Made by a program: the position numbers and the translations under genes. Under the pieces are notes generated by a model that saw only the letters and a program-made list of their open reading frames with translations, ran no database searches and was not told where the DNA came from. Shown here piece after piece: positions 45,170-61,700 of a stretch of DNA of 64,000 bases. The stretch comes from Eledone cirrhosa (taxonomy: Eukaryota): assembly GCA_964016885.1 (NCBI GenBank), contig OZ024743.1, positions 129,332,001 to 129,396,000 on the forward strand, written 5' to 3'. Position 1 is the stretch's first letter; each line of letters starts with the position of its first letter.

Positions 45170-48100
45170 CATCAATCACCAAGCACCAAACACCAAGCAG
45201 CAAGCACCAAGCACCAAATACCAAGCACCAAGAACCAAACACCAAACACCAAGCACCAAGCACCAAACATCAAACACGAAGCACCAAGCACCAAGCACCA
45301 AACACCAAACACCAAGCACCAAGCACCAAACACCAAGCACCAAGCACCAAACACCAAGCACCAAACACCAAGAACCAAGCGCCAAACACCAAGCACCAAG
45401 CACCAAGTACAAACACCAAGCACCAAGCACCAAACACCAAGCACCAAGCACCAAACACCAAACACCAAGCTCCAGACACCAAGCACCAAACACCAAACAC
45501 GAAGCACCAAGCACCAAGCACCAAACACCAAACACCAAGCACCAAGCACCAAACACCAAGCACCAAAGACCAAACACCAAACAGCAAACACCAAACACCA
45601 AACAGCAAACACCAAACACGAAACAGCAAACACCATACAGCAAACACCAAACACCAAAAAGCAGACACCAAACAGCAAACACCAAACACCAAACACCAAA
45701 CACCAAACAGCAAACACCAAACACCAAGCACCAAACACCAAGCACCAAGCACCAAACACCTAACACCAAGCACCAAGCACCAGGCACCAAACACCAAGCA
45801 CCAAACACCAAACACCAAGCACCAAGCACCAAGCACCAAGTACCAAACACCAAGAACCAAGAACCAAACACCAAGCACCAAGCACCAAGTACAAACACCA
45901 AGCACCAAGCACCAAACACCAAGGACCAAGCAACAAGCACCAAGCACCAAGCACCAAAAACCAAACACCAAACACAAAACACCAAGCACCAAGCACCAAA
46001 CACCAGACTCCAAGCACCAAGCACCAAACACCAAACACCAAGCACCAAGCACCAAACACCAAACACCAAACACCAAACAGCAAATAACATACAGCCAACA
46101 CCAAACACCAAAAAGCAGACACCAAACAGCAAACACCAAACACCAAACACCAAACAGCAAACACCAAACACCAAACACCAAGCACCAAGCACCAAACACC
46201 AAACACCAAGCACCAAGCACCAAACACCAAGCACCAAGCACCAAACACCAAACCCCAAGCACCTAGCACCAAACACTAAGCACCAAGCACCAAACACCAA
46301 GCACCAAGCACCAAACACCAAGCACCAAGTACCAAGCACCAAACACCAAACACCAAAGACCAAAGACCAAGCACCAAGCACCAAACACCAAGCACCCAGC
46401 ACCAAACACCAAACACCAAACACCAACCACCCAGCACCCAGCACCAAGCACCAAACACCAAGCACCAAGCACCAAACACCAAACACCAAGCACCAAGCAC
46501 CAAACACCAAGCACCAAGCACCTAGTACCAAACACCAAACACCAAGCACCAAACACCAAGCACCAATCACCAAGCACCAAACACCAAGCAGCCAGCAGCA
46601 AGCACCAAACACCAAACACCAAGCACCAAGCACCAAAAACCAAACACCAAGCACCAAACACCAAACACCTAACACCAAGCACCAAGCACCAAGTACCAAG
46701 CACCAAACACCAAGCACCAAACACCAAACACCAAGCACCAAGCACCAAACACCAAGCACCAAACACCAAACACCAAGCACCAAGCACCAAACACCTAATA
46801 CCAAGCACCAAACACCAAGCACCAAACACCAAGCACCAAGCACCAGGCACCAAGCACCAAACACCAAGCACCAAACACCAAGCACCAAACACCAAGCACC
46901 AAGCACCAAGCACCAAGCACCAAACACCAAGAACCAAGCACCAAGCACCAAGTACAAACACCAAGCACCAAGCACCAAACACCAAGCACCAAGCACCAAA
47001 CATCAAACACCAAGCATAAAACACCAAGCACCAAACACCAAACACCAAGCACCAAGGACCAAGCACCAAACACCAAACACCAAGCACCAAGCACCAAGCA
47101 CCAAACACCAAACACCAAGCACCCAGCACCAAACACCAAGCACCAAGCACCAAACACCAAGCACCAAGTACCAAGCAACAAGCACCAAACACCAAACACC
47201 AAACACCAAACACCAAGCACCAAACACCAAACACCAAACACCAAGCACCAGACACCAAGCACCAAACACCAAACACCAAACACCAAGCACCAAGCACCAA
47301 GCACCAAACACCAAACACCAAGCACCAAACACCAAACACCAAGCACCAAGCACCAAACACCAAGCACCAAAGACCAAACACCAAACAGCAAACACCAAAC
47401 ACCAAACAGCAAACACCAAACACGAAACAGCAAACACCATACAGCAAACACCAAACACCAAACACCAAACAGCAAACACCAAACACCAAGCACCAAACAC
47501 CTAGTACCAAGCACCAAACACCAAACCCCAAGCACCAAGCACCAAACACTAATCACCAAGCACCAAACACAAAGCACCAAGCACCAAACACCAAACACCA
47601 AGCACCAAAGACCAAGCACCAAGCACCAAGCACCAAACACCAAGCACCAAGCACCAAGCACCAAACACCAAGCACCAAGCACCAAATACCAACCACCCAG
47701 CACCAAGCACCAAGCACCAAACACCAAGCACCAAGCACCAAACACCAAACACCAAGCCCCAAGCACCAAGCACCAAACACCAAGCACCAAACACCAAGCA
47801 TCAAACACCAAACACCAAACACCAAGCACCAAACACCAAGCACCAAGCACCAAGCACCAAACACCAAGCCCCAAGCACCAAGCACCAAACACCAAGCACC
47901 AAACACCAAGCATCAAACACCAAACACCAAACACCAAGCACCTAGCACCAAACACCAAACACCAAGCACCAAGCACCAAGCAGCAAACACCAAGCAGCAA
48001 GCAGAAAGCACCAAACAACAAACACCAAGCACCAAGCACTAAACACCAAGCACCAAGCACCAAGGACCAAACACCAAACACCAAGCACCAAGCACCAAAC

Positions 48101-48900
48101 ACCTAACACCAAGCACCAAGTACCAAGCACCAAACACCAAACACCAAGAATCAAGCACAAAACACCAAGCACCAAGCACCAAGTACAAACACCAAGCACC
48201 AAACACCAAGCACCAAGCATAAAACACCAAGCATCAAACACCAAACACCAAACACCAAGCACCAAGCACCAAACACCAAGCACCAAACACCAAGCACCCA
48301 GCACCAAACACCATGCACCAAGTACCAAGCAGCAAACACCAAGCACCAAGCACCAAACACCAAACACCAAGCACCAAACACCAAACACCAAGCACCAAGC
48401 ACCAAACACCAAACACCAAGCACCAAGCACCAAACACCAAGCACCAAGCAACAAGCGACAAACAACAAGCACCAAGCACCATGCACCAAACACCAAGCAC
48501 CAAACACCCAGCACCAAGCACCAAGCACCAAACACCAAGCACCAAACACCAAACACCAAGCACCAAGCACCAAGCACCAAATCAAGCCCCAAGCACCAAG
48601 CACCAAACACCAAACACCAAACACCAAGCACCAAGCACCAAACACCAAGCACCAAACAGCAAGCACCAAACACCAAACAGCAAACACCAAACAGCAAACA
48701 CCAAACACCAAACACCAAACAGCAAACACCAAACAGCAAACAGCAAACAGCAAACACCAAACACCAAGCACCAAACACCAAACACCAAGCACCAAGCATC
48801 AAACACCAAACACAACACACCAAGCACCAAGCACCAAGCACCAAGCACCAAGCACGCAGCACCAAACACCAAGCCCCAAGCACCAAACACCAAACACCAA
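45170..48900. repeat. Distant, more diverged copy of ~30090-33700 (offset ~15.0-15.1 kb)
   Basis: Same marker order at 30087/45172, 32510/47549, 32937/48039 and 33211/48313. The rare 5-bp monomer TCAAG is shared (33466 and 48582). Confidence 0.75.
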
Positions 48901-51900
48901 GTACCAAGTACCAATCATCAAACAACAAGCACCAAGCACCAAGCACCAAACACCAAGCACCAAGCACCAAACACCAAACACCAAGCACCAAGCACCAAAC
49001 ACCAAGCACCAAGCACCAAGCATCAAGCACCAAGCATCAAACACCAAACACCAAACACAAAGCATCAAACACCAAGCATCAAACACCAAGCACCAAGCAC
49101 CAAGCACCAAGCACCAAGCACGCAGCACCAAAAACCAAGCCCCAAGCACCAAACACCAAACACCAAGCACCAAGAACCAATCACCAAACAACAAGCACCA
49201 AGCACCAAGCACCAAACACCAAGCACCAAGCACCAAACACCAAACACCAAGCACCAAGCACCAAATACCAAGCACCAAGCACCAAACACCAAACACCAAG
49301 CACCAAGCACCAAACACCAAGCACCAAGCACCAAGTACCAAACACCAATCCCCAAGCACCAACCACCAAACACCAAACACCAAGCACCAAACACCATGCA
49401 CCAAGCACCTAGCACCAAAAACCAAACACTGGGCACCAAGCACTAAACACCAAGCATCAATCACCAAGCACCAAACACCAAGCAGCAAGCACCAAGCACC
49501 AAATACCAAGCACCAAGAACCAAACACTAAACACCAAGCACCAAGCACCAAACACCTAACACCAAGCACCAAGCACCAAGCACCAAACACCAAACACCAA
49601 GCACCAAGCACCAAACACCAAGCACCAAGCACCAAACACCAAGCACCAAACACCAAGAACCAAGCACCAAACACCAAGCACCAAGCACCAAGTACAAACA
49701 CCAAGCACCAAGCACCAAACACCAAGCACCAAGCACCAAACACCAAACACCAAACATCAAGCACCAGACACCAAGCACCAAACACGAAGCACCAAACACC
49801 AAACAGCAAACACCATACAGCAAACACCAAACACCAAAAAGCAGACACCAAACAGCAAACAACAAACACCAAACACCAAACACCAGACAGCAAACACCAA
49901 GCACCAAACACCAAGCACCAAGCACCAAACACCTAACACCAAGCACCAAGCACCAAGCACCAAGTACCAAACACCAAGAACCAAGAACCAAACACCAAGC
50001 ACCAAGCACCAAGTACAAACACCAAGCACCAAGCACCAAACACCAAGGACTAAGCACCAAGCACCAAGCACCAAGCACCAAAAACCAAACACCAAACACA
50101 AAACACCAAGCACCAAGCACCAAACACCAAACTCCAAGCACCAAGCACCAAGCACCAAACACCAAACACCAAGTACCAAGCACCAGGCACCAAACACCAA
50201 GCACCAAGCACCAAACACCAAGCACCAAGCACCAAACACCAAACACCAAACACCAAACACCAAACAGCAAACAACATACAACAAACACCAAACAACAAAC
50301 ACCAAACAGCAAACAGCAAACACCAAACACCAAGCACCAAGCACCAAACACCAAGCACCAAGCACCAAACACCAAACCCCAAGCACCTAGCACCAAACAC
50401 TAATCACCAAGCACCAAACACCAACCACCCAGCACCAAGCACCAAGCAGCAAGCACCAAACACCAAACACCAAACACCAAGCACCAAGCGCCAAACACCA
50501 ATCACCAAGCACCTAGTACCAAACACCAAACACCAAGCACCAAACACCAAGCACCAATCACCAAGCACCAAACACCAAGCAGCCAGCAGCAAGCACCAAA
50601 CACCAAACACCAAGCAACAAGCACCAAAAACCAAACACCAAGCACCAAGCACCAAACACCTAACACCAAGCACCAAGCACCAAGTACCAAGCACCAAACA
50701 CCAAGCACCAAACACCAAACACCAAGCACCAAGCACCAAACACCAAGCACCAAACACCAAACACCAAGCACCAAGCACCAAACACCTAACACCAAGCACC
50801 AAACACCAAGCACCAAACACCAAGCACCAAGCACCAAGCACCAGGCACCAAGCACCAAACACCAAGCACCAAACACCAAGCACCAAACACCAAGCACAAA
50901 GCACCAAGCACCAAGCACCAAGCATCAAGAACCAAGCACCAAGAACCAAGTACAAACACCAAGCACCAAGCACCAAACACCAAGGACCAAGCACCAAGCG
51001 TCAAACACCAAGCACCAAACACCAAACACCAAATACCAAGCACCAAGCACCAAGCATCAAACACCAAGCATATAACACCAAACACCAAACACCAAGCACC
51101 AAGCACCAAACACCAAACACCAAGCACCAAGCACCAAGCACCAAACACCAAGCACCCAGCAACAAACACCAAGCACCAAGCACCAAACACCAAGCACCAA
51201 GCACCAAGCAACAAGCACCAAACACCAAACACCAAACACCAAACACCAAGCACCAAACACCAAACACCAAACACCAAGCACCAAACACCAAACACCAAAC
51301 ACCAAGCACCAGACACCAAGCACCAAACACCAAACACCAAACACCAAGCACCAAGCACCAAGCAACAAACACCAAACACCAAGCACCAAGCACCAAACAC
51401 CAAACACCAAGCACCAAGCACCAAACAGCAAACACCAAACACCAAACAGCAAACACCAAACACCAAACAGCAAACACCATACAGCAAACACCAAACACCA
51501 AAAAGCAAACAGCAAACACCAAACACCAAACACCAAACAGCAAACACCAAACACCAAGCACCAAACACCAAGTACCAAGCACCAAACACCAAACCCCAAG
51601 CACCAAGCACCAAACACTAATCACCAAGCACCAAACACCAAGCACCAAGCACCAAGCACCAAACACCAAGCACCAAAGACCAAGCACCAAGCACCAAGCA
51701 CCAAACACCAAGCACCAAGCACCAAGCACCAAACACCAAGCACCAAGCACCAAATACCAACCACCCAGCACCAAGCACCAAGCACCAAACACCAAGCACC
51801 AAGCACCAAACACCAAACACCAAGCACCAAGCACCAAACACCAAGCACCAAGCACCAAGCACTAAACACCAAGCCCCAAGCACCAAGCACAAAACACCAA

Positions 51901-52799
51901 ACACCAAGCACCAAACACCAAGCATCAAACACCAAACACCAAACACCAAGCACCTAGCACCAAACACCATACACCAAGCACCAAGCACCAAGCACCAAAC
52001 ACCAAGCAGCAAGCAGAAAGCACCAAACAACAAACTCCAAGCACCAAGCACTAAACACCAAGCACCAAGGACCAAACACCAAACACCAAGCACCAAGCAC
52101 CAAACACCTAACACCAAGCACCAAGCACCAAGCACCAAACACCAAACACAAAGAACCAAGCACAAAACACCAAGCACCAAGTACAAACACCAAGCACCAA
52201 ACACCAAGCACCAAGCACCAAGCATCAAACACCAAGCATCAAACACCAAACACCAAACACCAAGCACCAAGCACCAAACACCAAGCACCAAACACCAAGC
52301 ACCCAGCACCAAACACCATGCACCAAGTACCAAGCAACAAACACCAAGCACCAAGCACCAAACACCAAGCACCAAACACCAAAAACCAAGCACCAAGCAC
52401 CAAACACCAAACACCAAGCACCAACACCAAGCACCAAGCACCAAGCGACAAACACCAAGCACCAAGCACCATGCACCAAACACCAAGCACCAAACACCCA
52501 GCACCAAGCACCAAACAGCAAGCACCAAACACCAAGCACCAAACACCAAACACCAAGCACCAAGCACCAAGCACCAAACACCAAGCCCCAAGCACCAAGC
52601 ACCAAACACCAAACACCAAACACCAAACACCAAGCACCAAACACCAAGCACCAAACAGCAAGCACCAAACACCAAACAGCAAACACCAAACAGCAAACAC
52701 CAAACACCAAACAGCAAATACCAAACAGCAAACAGCAAACAGCAAACACCAAACACCAAGCACCAAGCACCAAGTACAAACAACAAGCACCAAACACCA

Positions 52800-55700
52800 A
52801 GCACCAAGCATCAAGCACCAAGCATCAAACACCAAACACCAAGCACCAAGCACCAAACACCAAACACCAAACACCAAGCATCAAACACCAAACACAAAAC
52901 ACCAAGCACCAAGCACCAAGCACCAACCACGCAGCACCAAACACCAAGACCCAAGCACCAAACACCAAACACCAAGCACCAAGCACAAATCACCAAACAA
53001 CAAGCACCAAGCACCAAACACCAAGCACCAAGCACCAAACACCAAGCACCAAAGACTAAAGACCAAACAGGAAACACCAAACACCAAACACCAAACACCA
53101 AACAGCAAACAATAAACACGAAACAGCAAACACCATACAGCAAACACCAAACACCAAAAAGCAGACACCAAACAGCAAACAGCAAACACCAAACACCAAA
53201 CACCAAACAGCAAAAACCAAACACCAAGCACCAAACACCAAGCACCAAGCACCCAACACCAAGCACCAAGCACCAAACACCAAACCACAAGCACCAAGCA
53301 CCAAACACTAATCACCAAGCACCAAGCACCAAACACCAAGCACCAAGCACCAAACACCAAACACCAAACACCAAGCACCAAAGACCAAGCACCAAGCACC
53401 AAGCACCAAACACCAAGCACCAAGCACCAAGCACCAAACACCAAGCACCAAGCACCAAACACCAACCACCCAGCACCAAGCACCAAGCACCAAACACCAA
53501 ACACCAAGCACCAAGCACCAAACACCAAGCACCAAGCACCAAACACCAAGCCCCAAGTACCAAGCACCAAACACCAAGCACCAAACACCAAGCACCAAGC
53601 ACCAAGCACCTAGCACCAAACACCAAGCACCAAGCACGAAGCACCAAACACCAAACACCAAGCACCAAACACCAGACACCAAACACCAAGCACCTAGCAC
53701 CAAACACCAAACACCAAGCACCAAGCACCAAACACCAAGCACCAATCACCAAGCACCAAACACCAAGCAGCAAGCAGAAAGCACCAAACAACAAACACCA
53801 AGCGCCAAACACCAAACACCAAGAACCAAGCACAAAACACCAAGCACCAAGCACCAAGTACAAACACCAAGCACCAAACACCAAGCACCAAGCATCAAAC
53901 ACCAAGCATCAAACACAATGCACCAAGTACCAAGCAACAAACACCAAGCACCAAGCACCAAACACCAAACATCAAGCACCAAACACCAAACACCAAGCAC
54001 CAAGCACAAAACACCAAACACCAAGCACCAAACACCAAGCACCAAGCATCAAGCGACAAACACCAAAAACCAAGCACCATGCACCAAACACCAAGCACCA
54101 AGCACCAAACACCCAGCACCAAGCACCAAGCACCAAACACCAAGAACCAAACACCAAACACCAAGCACCAAGCACCAAGCACCAAACACCAAGCCCCAAG
54201 CACCAAGCACCAAACACCAAACACCAAGCACCAAACAGCAAACACCAAACAGCAAACACCAAACACCAAACACCAAGCAGCAAACACCAAACACCATACA
54301 GCAAAGAGCAAACACCAAATACCAAGCACCAAACACCAAGCACCAAACACCAAGCAGCAAGCACCAAGTACAATCACCAAGCACCAAGCACCAAACACCA
54401 AGCACCAAGCACCAAGCATCAAGCACCAAGCATCAAACACCAAACACCAAGCACCAAGCACCAAACACCAAACACCAAACACCAAGCATCAAACACCAAA
54501 CACAAAACACCAAGCACCAAGCACCAAGCACCAAGCACGCAGCACCAAACACCAAGCCCCAAGCACCAACCACCAAACACCAAGCACCAATCACCGAACA
54601 ACAAGCACCAACCACCAAGCACCAAACACCAAGCACCAAGCACCAAAGACTAAAGACCAAACAGGAAACACCAAACACCAAACACCAAACAGCAAACAAT
54701 AAACACGAAACAGCAAACACCATACAGCAAACACCAAACACCAAAAAGCAGATACCAAACAGCAAACAGCAAACACCAAACACCAAACAGCAAACAGCAA
54801 ACAGCAAAAACCAAACACCAAGCACCAAACACCAAGCACCAAGCACCAAACACGAAGCACCAAGCACCAAACACCAAACCACAAGCACCAAGCACCAAAC
54901 ACTAATCACCAAGCACCAAGCACCAAACACCAAGCACCAAGCACCAAACACCAAGCACCAAAGACCAAGCACCAAACACCAAGCACCAAGCACCAAACAC
55001 CAAACACCAGACACCAAGCACCAAGCACCAAACACCAAGCACCAAGCACCTAGTACCAAACACCAAACACCAAGCACCAAACACCAAGCACCAATCACCA
55101 AGCACCAAACACCAAGCAGCCAGCAGCAAGCACCAAACACCAAACACCAAGCACCAAGCACCAAAAACCAAACACCAAGCACCAAGCACCAGACACCTAA
55201 CACCAAGCACCAAGCACCAAGTACCAAGCACCAAACACCAAGCACCAAACACCAAACACCAAGCACCAAGCACCATACACCAAGCACCAAACACCAAGCA
55301 CCAAGCACCAAACACCTAACACCAAGCACCAAACACCAAGCACCAAACACCAAGCACCAAGCACCAAGCACCAGGCACCAAGCACCAAACACCAAGCACC
55401 AAACACCAAGCACCAAACACCAAGCACCAAGCACCAAACACCAAGCACCAAACACCAAGAACCAAGCACCAAGCACCAAGTACAAACACCAACCACCAAG
55501 CACCAAACACCAAGCACCAAGAACCAAGCATCAAACACCAAGCATATAACACCAAACACCAAGCACCATAGACCAAACAGCAAACACCAAACACAAAACA
55601 GCAAACACCAAACACCAAACAGCAAACACCATACAGCAAACACCAAACACCAAAAAGCAGACACCAAACAGCATACACCAAACACCAAACACCAAACACC

Positions 55701-58700
55701 AAACACCAAGCACCAAACACCAAGTACCAAGCACCAAACACCAAACCCCAAGCACCAAGCACCAAACACTAAACACCAAGCAACAAACACCAAGCACCAA
55801 GTACCAAGCACCAAACACCAAACCCCAAGCACCAAGCACCAAACACTAAACACCAAGCAACAAACACCAAGCACCAAGCACCAAGCACCAAACCCCAAGC
55901 ACCAAAGACCAAGCACCAAGCACCAAGCACTAAACACCAAGCACCAAGCACCAAGCACCAAACACCAAGCACCAAGCACCAAATACCAATCACCCAGCAC
56001 CAAGCACCAAGCACCAAACACCAAGCACCAAGCACCAAAGACCAAACACCAAACACCAAGCAGCAAACACCAAGCACCAAGCACCAAGCACCAAGCACCA
56101 AACACCAAGCCCCAAGCACCAAGCACCAAACACCAAACACCAAGCACCAAACACCAAGCATCAAACACCAAACACCAAACAGCAAACACCAAGCACCTAG
56201 TACCAAACACCAAGCACCAAACACCAAGCAGCAAGCAGAAAACACCAAACAACAAACACCAAGCACCAAGTACTAAACACCAAGCACCAAGGACCAAACA
56301 CCAAACACCAAGCACCAAGCACGAAACACCTAACACCAAGCACCAAGCACCAAGCACCAAACACCAAACACCAAGAACCAAGCACAAAACACCAAGCACC
56401 AAACACCAAGTACAAACACCAAGCACCAAACACCAAGCACCAAGCACCAAGCATCAAACACCAAGCATCAAACACCAAACACCAAACACCAAGCACCAAG
56501 CACCAAACACCAAGCACCAAACACCAAGCACACAGTACCAAACACCATGCACCAAGTACCAAGCAACAAACACCAAGCACCAAGCACCAAACACCAAACA
56601 CCAAGCACCAAACACCAAACACCAAGCACCAAGCACCAAACACCAAACACCAAGCACCAAGCACCAAACACCAAGCACCAAGCACCAAGCGACAAACACC
56701 AAGCACCAAGCACCATGCACCAAACACCAAGCACCAAACACCCAGCACCAAGCACCAAGCACCAAACACCAAACACCAAGCACCAAGCACCAAGCACCAA
56801 ACACCAAGCCCCAAGCACCAAGCACCAAACACCAAACACCAAACACTATGCAGCAAGCACCAAACACCAAACACCCAACAGCAAGCACCAAACACCAAAC
56901 AGCAAACACCAAACAGCAAACACCAAACAGCAAACAGCAAACAGCAAACACCAAACACCAAGCACCAAACACCAAGCACCAAACACCAAGCACCAAGCAC
57001 CAAGTACAATCACCAAGCACCAAGCACCAAACACCAAGCACCAAGCACCAAGCATCAAGCACCAAGAATCAAACACCAAACACCAAGCACCAAGCACCAA
57101 ACACCAAACACCAAACACCAAGCACCAAGCACCAAGCACCAAGCACGCAACACCAAACACCAACCCCAAGCACCAAACACCAAACACCAAGCACCAAACA
57201 CCAAACACCAAACACCAAGCATCAAACACCAAACACAAAACACCAAGCACCAAGCACCAAGCACCAAGCACGCAACACCAAACACCAAGCCCCAAGCACC
57301 AAACACCAAACACCAAGCACCAAGCACCAAACACCAAGCCCCAAGTACCAAGCACCAAACACCAAGCAACAAACACCAAACACCAAACACCAAGCACCTA
57401 GCACCAAACACCAAACACCAAGCACCAAGCACCAAACACCAAGCACCAATCACCAAGCACCAAACACCAAGCAGCAAGCAGAAAGCACCAAACAAAAAAC
57501 ACCAAGCACCAAGCACTAAACACCAAGCACCAAGGACCAAACACCAAACACCAAGCACCAAGCACCAAACACCTAACACCAAGCACCAAGCGCCAAACAC
57601 CAAATACCAAGAACCAAGCACAAAACACCAAGCACCAAGCACCAAGTACAAACACCAAGCACCAAACACCAAGCACCAAGCATCAAGCGACAAACACCAA
57701 AAACCAAGCACCATGCACCAAACACCAAGCACCAAGCACCAAACACCCAGCACCAAGCACCAAGCACCAAACACCAAGCACCAAGCACCAAGCACCAAAC
57801 ACCAAGCCCCAAGCACCAAGCACCAAACACCAAACACCAAACACCAAGCACCAAGCACCAAACACCAAGCACCAAACAACAAACACCAAACAGCAAACAG
57901 CAAACACCAAACACCAAACAGCAAACACCAAACACCAAACAGCAAAGAGCAAACACCAAACACCAAGCACCAAACACCAAGCACCAAACACCAAGCACCA
58001 AGCACCAAGTACAATCACCAAGCACCAAGCACCAAACACCAAGCACCAAGCACCAAGCATCAAGCACCAAGAATCAAACACCAAACACCAAGCACCAAGC
58101 ACCAAACACCAAACACCAAACACCAAGCATCAAACACCAAACACAAAACACCAAGCACCAAGCACCAAGCACCAAGCACGCAGCACCAAACACCAAGCCC
58201 CAAGCACCAACCACCAAACACCAAGCACCAATCACCAAACAACAAGCACCAACCACCAAGCACCAAACACCAAGCACCAAGCACCAAACACCAAGCACCA
58301 AAGACTAAAGACCAAACAGGAAACACCAAACACCAAACACCAAACAGCAAACAATAAACACGAAACAGCAAACACCATACAGCAAACACCAAACACCAAA
58401 AAGCAGACACCAAACAGCAAACAGCAAACACCAAACACCAAACAGCAAACAGCAAAAACCAAACACCAAGCACCAAACACCAAGCACCAAGCACCAAACA
58501 CCAAGCACCAAAGACTAAAGACCAAACAGGAAACACCAAACACCAAACACCAAACAGCAAACAATAAACACGAAACAGTAAACACCATACAGCAAACACC
58601 AAACACCAAATAGCAGACACCAAACAGCAAACAGCAAACACCAAACACCAAACAGCAAACAGCAAAAACCAAACACCAAGCACCAAACACCAAGCACCAA

Positions 58701-61700
58701 GCATCAAGCACCAAGCATCAAACACCAAGCACCAAGCACCAAACACCAAACACCAAACACCAAGCACCAAACACCAAACACCAAACACCAAGCATCAAAC
58801 ACCAAACACAAAACACCAAGCACCAAGCACCAAGCACAAAGCACGCAACACCAAACACCAAGCCCCAAGCACCAAACACCAAACACCAAGCACCAAGCAC
58901 CAAACACCAAGCCCCAAGTACCAAGCACCAAACACCAAGCACCAAACACCAAACACCAAACACCAAGCACCTAGCACCAAACACCAAACACCAAGCACCA
59001 AGCACCAAACACCAAGCACCAATCACCAAGCACCAAACACCAAGCAGCAAGCAGAAAGCACCAAACAAAAAACACCAAGCACCAAGCACTAAACACCAAC
59101 ACCAAGGACCAAACACCAAACACCAAGCACCAAGCACCAAACACCTAACACCAAGCACCAAGCGCCAAACACCAAACACCAAGAACCAAGCACAAAACAC
59201 CAAGCACCAAGCACCAAGTACAAACACCAAGCACCAAACACCAAGCACCAAGCATCAAACACCAAGCATCAAACACCATGCACCAAGTACCAAGCAACAA
59301 ACACCAAGCACCAAGCACCAAACACCAAACATCAAGCACCAAACACCAAACACCAAGCACCAAGCACCAAACACCAAACACCAAGCACCAAACACCAAGC
59401 ACCAAGCATCAAGCGACAAACACCAAAAACCAAGCACCATGCACCAAACACCAAGCACCAAGCACCAAACACCCAGCACCAAGCACCAAGCACCAAACAC
59501 CAAGCACCAAACACCAAACACCAAGCACCAAGCACCAAGCACCAAGCCCCAAGCACCAAGCACCAAACACCAAACACCAAACACCAAGCACCAAGCACCA
59601 AACACCAAGCACCAAACAACAAACACCAAACAGCAAACACCAAACACCAAACACCAAACAGCAAACACCAAACACCAAACAGCAAAGAGCAAACACCAAA
59701 CACCAAGCACCAAACACCAAGCACCAAACACCAAGCACCAAGCACCAAGTACAATCACCAAGCACCAAGCACCAAACACCAAGCACCAAGCACCAAGCAT
59801 CAAGCACCAAGCATCAAACACCAAACACCAAGCACCAAGCACCAAACACCAAACACCAAACACCAAGCATCAAACACCAAACACAAAACACCAAGCACCA
59901 AGCACCAAGCACCAAGCACGCAGCACCAAACACCAAGCCCCAAGCACCAACCACCAAACACCAAGCACCAATCACCAAACAACAAGCACCAACCACCAAG
60001 CACCAAACACCAAGCACCAAGCACCAAACACCAAGCACCAAAGACTAAAGACCAAACAGGAAACACCAAACACCAAACACCAAACAGCAAACAATAAACA
60101 CGAAACAGCAAACACCATACAGCAAACACCAAACACCAAAAAGCAGACACCAAACAGCAAACAGCAAACCCCAAACACCAAACAGCCAACAGCAAAAACC
60201 AAACACCAAGCACCAAACACCAAGCACCAAGCACCAAACACCAAGCACCAAGCACCAAACACCAAACCACAAGCACCAAGCACCAAACACTAATCACCAA
60301 GCACTAAGCACCAAACACCAAGCACCAAGCACCAAACACCAAGCACCAAAGACCAAGCACCAAACACCAAGCACCAAGCACCAAACACCAAACACCAGAC
60401 ACCAAGCACCAAGCACCAAACACCAAGCACCAAGCACCTAGTACAAAACACCAAACACCAAGCACCAAACACCAAGCACCAATCACCAAGCACCAAACAC
60501 CAAGCAGCCAGCAGCAAGCACCAAACACCAAACACCAAGCACCAAACACCAAAAACCAAACACCAAGCACCAAGCACCAAACACCAAGCACCAGACACCA
60601 AACACCAAGCACCAAGCACCAAATACCAAGCACCAAACACCAAGCACCAAGCACCAAACACCTAACACCAAGCACCAAACACCAAGCACCAAACACCAAG
60701 CACCAAGCACCAAGCACCAGGCACCAAGCACCAAACACCAAGCACCAAACACCAAGCACCAAACACCAAGCACCAATCACCAAGCACCAAGCACCAAACA
60801 CCAAGAACCAAGCACCAAGCACCAAGTACAAACACCAAGCACCAAGCACCAAACACCAAGCACCAAGCACCAAGCATCAAACACCAAGCATATAACACCA
60901 AACACCAAACACCAAGCACCAAGCACCAAACACCAAACACCAAGCACCAAGCACCAAGCACCAAGCACCAAGCACCAAGCAACAAGCACCAAACACCAAA
61001 CACGAAACACCAAACACCAAGCACCAAGCACCAAACACCAAGCACCAAGCACCAAACACCAAACACCAAACACCAAGCACCAAACACCAAACACCAAGCA
61101 CCAAGCACCAAACACCAAGCACCAAGCACCAAGCACCAAACACCAGGCACCAAGCACCAAACACCAAGCACCAAGTACCAAGCAACAAGCACCACACACC
61201 AAGCACCAAGCACCAAACACCAAGCACCAAGCACCAAGCATATAACACCAAACACCAAACACTAAGCACCAAGCACCAAACACCAAACACCAAGCACCAA
61301 GCACCAAACACCAAGCACCAAGCACCAAACACCAAGCACCAAGCACCAAGCAACAAGCACCAAACACCAAACACGAAACACCAAACACCAAGCACCAAGC
61401 ACCAAACACCAAACACCAAACACCAAGCACCAAACACCAAACACCAAACACCAAGCACCAAGCACCAAACACCAAACACCAAGCACCAAACACCAAACAC
61501 CAAGCACCAAGCACCAAACACCAAGCACCAAAGACCAAAGACCAAACAGCAAACACTAAACACAAAACAGCAAACACCAAACACCAAACAGCAAACACCA
61601 TACAGCAAACACCAAACACCAAAAAGCAGACACCAAACAGCATAGACCAAACACCAAACACCAAACAGCAAACACCAAACACGAAGCACCAAACACCAAG

